This document shows positions 60,867-64,000 of a stretch of DNA of 64,000 nucleotides, piece after piece (positions within the stretch are counted from its first letter, which is position 1; the number at the start of each line of letters is the position of its first letter). Origin of the DNA: an uncultured Spirochaetota bacterium (GTDB lineage: Bacteria; Spirochaetota; Spirochaetia; SZUA-6; Fen-1364); NCBI GenBank assembly GCA_963768665.1, contig CAVYIU010000007.1, positions 135,308 through 199,307 of the forward strand, given 5' to 3'. A model generated the notes under the pieces. It was not told the DNA's origin. It worked only from the letters and a program-made list of their open reading frames with translations, and searched no databases. The position numbers were made by a program, and so were the translations under genes.

Positions 60867-62239
60867 AACTGCGGACGCAGTTCTTCCTGCTCGTGGGGGG
60901 GATCATCGCGGTCCCCTTCCTGGTGAGCGCCTTCACCCTGCTCATGAGGGTGGCCGTGGAGCGCGGCCAGGAGCCGCTGCCCAACTACGGCTCCATCAAC
61001 GAGTGGATCCATCGACGGATGCCCCGCGCCCTCGAGAGGAGCGACCTGAGGGATGTCGCGGCAAGCCGGCCGCCCGGCCTGGAGTTCGTCATCCTCGACG
61101 TGCAGGACAGCGTCACGTACTCGACCATCGCGTCCATCGCGCCGGGAACCTCCGCGTTCAAGGGCGACAACGAGCTGCTGAGATACATGCGCGACAACTT
61201 CGATCGCTACAACTTCCAGATCGAGGACCTTCCCGGCAACCTGCCGGACCTCTCCGTCGTCATCCTGCAGGTCCCCCGCATGCGCCCCGAGGTGGTCGAT
61301 CTCCGCAACAACTTTCTCCAGGTGGTTACCTACACGTCCATTGCCCTGCTCGTGTTCTCCTCGCTCATGGCATTCCTCATCCTGCGGTCCCTCAACACCT
61401 CCATCCAGGGGCTGGAGGGGGCCACCCGGCGCATCGCTGACGGGGACCTCGATTTCGAGCTCCCGGCACGAGGCAACGACCAGATCTCCTCCCTCACGCG
61501 GTCCTTCGACAGCATGCGACGCGCGCTGAAGGAAGAGTACGCGCGGCGGGCGCGTTTCATCATGGGCGTCTCTCACGACCTGCGCACGCCCCTCACTCTC
61601 ATCCAGGGCTACGCGGAGGCGATCGCCGACGGCTACGCCACGGATCCCGAGGCGCACAAGAAATACCTCGCCATCATCATGGACAAGGCCCGCAACCTCG
61701 AGGCGATGGTCGGCGACCTGATCGAGTTCGTCCGCATGGAAACGGGCCAATGGCGCATGACCCACCACGACGTGCCGATCCGCGCTTTCCTTTCCGAATC
61801 GGCACGACATTTCGTGGAGGACGCGCTGATCCTCAAGCGGACCTTCGTGGCGTCCATCGACCTCGCGGACGACATCTCGGTGCGGATGGACAGGGGGCTG
61901 TTCACGCGTGCCCTGGAGAACCTCGTGGGGAACGCCATCCGCTACACGCCGGAGAACGGCACGATCACCCTGTCGGCCCGCCGGGAGGGCGGGGACGTGC
62001 TCCTGTCCATCGCCGACTCGGGCATCGGCATCCCGGCGGAAGACCTCTCGCGGATCTACGACCCCTTCTACCGCGGGTCCAACTCGCGGCGCGAGCAGGG
62101 ATTCGGGCTGGGCCTCACCACGGTGAAGTCGATCGTGGAAGGCCACGGGTGGACCATCATCACGGTCTCGGAGGTCGGCAAGGGCTCCACGTTCACCATC
62201 CGCATGCCCGCGGCGACCACGGTCGCCATCTCGGCCTGA
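60863..62239 (+). CDS. sensor histidine kinase (2 TM, periplasmic domain, HAMP, HisKA, HATPase_c)
   Basis: The ATG overlaps the regulator stop. FIMGVSHDLRTPLT (H-box), NLVGNAIRYTP (N-box), DSGIGI (G1) and GFGLGL (G2). Confidence 0.92.
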   Translation: MKLRTQFFLLVGGIIAVPFLVSAFTLLMRVAVERGQEPLPNYGSINEWIHRRMPRALERSDLRDVAASRPPGLEFVILDVQDSVTYSTIASIAPGTSAFKGDNELLRYMRDNFDRYNFQIEDLPGNLPDLSVVILQVPRMRPEVVDLRNNFLQVVTYTSIALLVFSSLMAFLILRSLNTSIQGLEGATRRIADGDLDFELPARGNDQISSLTRSFDSMRRALKEEYARRARFIMGVSHDLRTPLTLIQGYAEAIADGYATDPEAHKKYLAIIMDKARNLEAMVGDLIEFVRMETGQWRMTHHDVPIRAFLSESARHFVEDALILKRTFVASIDLADDISVRMDRGLFTRALENLVGNAIRYTPENGTITLSARREGGDVLLSIADSGIGIPAEDLSRIYDPFYRGSNSRREQGFGLGLTTVKSIVEGHGWTIITVSEVGKGSTFTIRMPAATTVAISA

Positions 62240-62308
62240 CGGGAGGCAGCGTCGATGCCTTCCGCCGTATGGACGGGCGGCGCGCGTTCATCGGATAATG
62301 GATCCGTC

Positions 62309-62725
62309 ATGGACAGGGACCTCGTGCGGCACTGGCTCTCGACCCGGGCGGAGATAACGTATTCGCGCTCCTCCGGCCCGGGCGGTCAGAACGTCAACAA
62401 GCTGAACACCAAGTCGCAGGTCCGGGTCCCGCTGCGGGAGATCCCCGGTCTTTCGGCGGCGGAGCTCTCCCGGCTCCTTCACAAGCTCGGCCCGAAGCTC
62501 GCCGCCGGTGATGTCCTCGTGGTGCAGGCGCAGGACGAGCGCAGCCAGTCCATGAACAGGGAGCTCGCCATCACCCGCGCCCTTGCGCAGATCGAGAAGG
62601 GGCTGCACCGCCCGCGGCCGCGCAAGGCCACGCGCCCCACCAGGTCGTCGAAGGAGCGCCGCCTGCAGTCCAAGAAGATATCCTCCCGCCACAAGCAGCA
62701 GCGGGGTCGCGTCGAAGAGGAGTGA
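62309..62725 (+). CDS. arfB: alternative ribosome-rescue factor / peptidyl-tRNA hydrolase ArfB
   Basis: SSGPGGQNVNKLNTK (GGQ motif) and a basic C-terminal tail (RPRPRKATRPTRSSKERRLQSKKISSRHKQQR). Confidence 0.88.
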   Translation: MDRDLVRHWLSTRAEITYSRSSGPGGQNVNKLNTKSQVRVPLREIPGLSAAELSRLLHKLGPKLAAGDVLVVQAQDERSQSMNRELAITRALAQIEKGLHRPRPRKATRPTRSSKERRLQSKKISSRHKQQRGRVEEE

Positions 62726-62751
62726 TGGAGCCGGCCTTCCCGCCGACGGGC

Positions 62752-63870
62752 CTACGTGTTCCTCTCCAGCCAGTCGGTGATGCGGAACACGTCGTCGCGC
62801 ACAGGAACATCCAGGCAGTACAGGAGCTTCTCGGGCCGCAGCTCGCGGGCGATCTTTTTCACCGTGTCCAGGTCGTGTATGTCGTACATCTGGAGCCCCT
62901 TGCCGGCAGCCTGGCACTTCTTCAGCACGTCCATCCACTCGTGCATGAGAGGTTTCCCCGCGCCCGGCACCCACTGGATCACGTCGATGTCCTTGATGGC
63001 GAGGATGTCGTCGAGGTGAGGAAGGCAGCCGGGGCCGTCCAGGTGGTAGACACAGTGGTCAAGGAAGGCGGCTTCTTCCTCCAGGGCCGGGATGACGTAG
63101 CGGCGTGACAGCTCGGGGCTGAGGAGCGCCAGGAAATCGCACTGGATCGTGGCGAACTTCCCGTCGCACCAGAAGGGCGCCCAGCCGGCGCTGCCCCGTC
63201 CGTGCCCCATGGCACCTGCCTGGTAGAGCGCGTCGTAGACCGGTACGTACATCGCGCGCACCTGTTTCATGGCCTGCTCGATCTCTGCCGGCGAATCGTA
63301 GAAGTCCATGCAGAGCCTTTCCGAGCCGCGCAGCGCGAGGAGCGCATCCATGTTGCTGTGAAGATCCGCCACGGCGACGAGGTAACGCCCGTCGGCGTGG
63401 GCAGCAAGGAAGCGGGAGAACCCGAGGATCCCCTTCCAGTACCTGTTCTCGGGATCCCTGCGCAGGGGGAGGGCGGTCTTCCAGTCGTCGATGGTCTGCC
63501 GGACCCAGTCCGTGTCGGGGCTCTCGTCGGAGAACTCGAAGTCCGTGCCGAGGAACGACGCGAACTGGTCCGGGCCGAAGTCCGGGCCGAACATCGGCAC
63601 CGATTCCGCCAGGAACTCCGTTGCTTCCAGGGACATGTCGATCTGGTCGAGGATATAGTTGAAGTTGCCGCTCACCGCGTGCCAGTAGCGCCGATACAGT
63701 TCTCCCTGCTTCATGCCGGGCCGCGTCACCGTGGCCCACACCGGGGGCCTGCCGAAAACCTCCCCTTCCCAGAAGGCGTTCCAGGCACTCTTCACGCGCT
63801 CGAAATCCGGCTTGTACGCGAGCTGCGCCGCGGCCGCGCGCCCGCCCCGTGGATGCTTCTCTGTGGCCAT
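62752..63870 (-). CDS. URO-D superfamily-like protein (divergent)
   Basis: Intact 372-aa ORF. Size and C-terminal pattern (VYHLDGPG, IDVIQWVPGAG) resemble the other URO-D-like paralogues. The assignment is weak. Confidence 0.5.
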   Translation of the reverse strand: MATEKHPRGGRAAAAQLAYKPDFERVKSAWNAFWEGEVFGRPPVWATVTRPGMKQGELYRRYWHAVSGNFNYILDQIDMSLEATEFLAESVPMFGPDFGPDQFASFLGTDFEFSDESPDTDWVRQTIDDWKTALPLRRDPENRYWKGILGFSRFLAAHADGRYLVAVADLHSNMDALLALRGSERLCMDFYDSPAEIEQAMKQVRAMYVPVYDALYQAGAMGHGRGSAGWAPFWCDGKFATIQCDFLALLSPELSRRYVIPALEEEAAFLDHCVYHLDGPGCLPHLDDILAIKDIDVIQWVPGAGKPLMHEWMDVLKKCQAAGKGLQMYDIHDLDTVKKIARELRPEKLLYCLDVPVRDDVFRITDWLERNT

Positions 63871-64000
63871 GTGCGGCGATCCTACACCGCGGCGCGCCGC
63901 GCTTCAACCGCGTCCCTCCCTTCCTCAGGACGCCCGCGGTGGGATAGAATCGGCTCACATGAAACATCCCGAGCTCTCCGCGTACGGCTGCCGCTCGCGC

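Noticed and set aside
63959-64000. Plus-strand ATG (MKHPELSAYGCRSR...) running off the window end
   Set aside because: Only 14 codons are visible. That is too little to call a gene or a product.

Overview
GC-rich bacterial chromosomal window with strong GC3 codon bias. The organism is diderm: it has a TolC-type lipoprotein outer-membrane factor, a beta-barrel porin ending in Phe, and a GT9 heptosyltransferase-like gene. I cannot assign a taxon from sequence alone.

Content is mostly housekeeping and accessory metabolism:
- a minus-strand run ackA-hisI-hisG-P-type (Ca2+-like) ATPase
- a complete F1Fo ATP synthase operon atpBEFHAGDC (8034-14461, minus)
- a ChlI-like AAA+ ATPase with a vWA partner, then metA and htpG
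- a CorA-like channel translationally coupled to a large membrane-anchored FG-GAP-like protein and a TPR/SLH-like lipoprotein
- sugar genes: AgaZ/GatZ-like, GH2 beta-mannosidase, a ribokinase-superfamily kinase, uxuA
- a sigma-70 family factor
- a lower-GC islet carrying a porin
- mgtA with an EIIA(Ntr)-like gene 1 nt downstream, and a glutathione peroxidase
- one IS1182-family element with perfect 16-bp inverted repeats
- four URO-D-superfamily paralogues, one next to DUF1638
- GGDEF, cNMP-binding, DHH and PHP proteins
- a seven-gene operon: TolC, MacA, MacB, a secreted Gly/Ala/Gln-rich protein, an OmpR-type regulator and a histidine kinase
- arfB

I saw no rRNA, tRNA or CRISPR array.

Main oddities:
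1. About 40 single-base frame breaks (hand count) sit in otherwise well-conserved genes, including atpD, atpB and htpG. They are clustered in blocks and look like assembly indels rather than gene decay.
2. Two related, near-perfect GC-rich tandem repeat arrays (20 bp x4.5 and 24 bp x6) lie immediately after stop codons.
3. An unannotated 30-aa (xAKK)x7 histone-H1-like micro-ORF has a near-consensus promoter.
4. The CorA-like protein has SMN in place of the GMN signature.
5. A secreted low-complexity protein is wedged between a MacAB-TolC pump and its two-component system.

I did not find a clear-cut new defence, secretion or toxin system. The candidates above are modest and are given as hypotheses.
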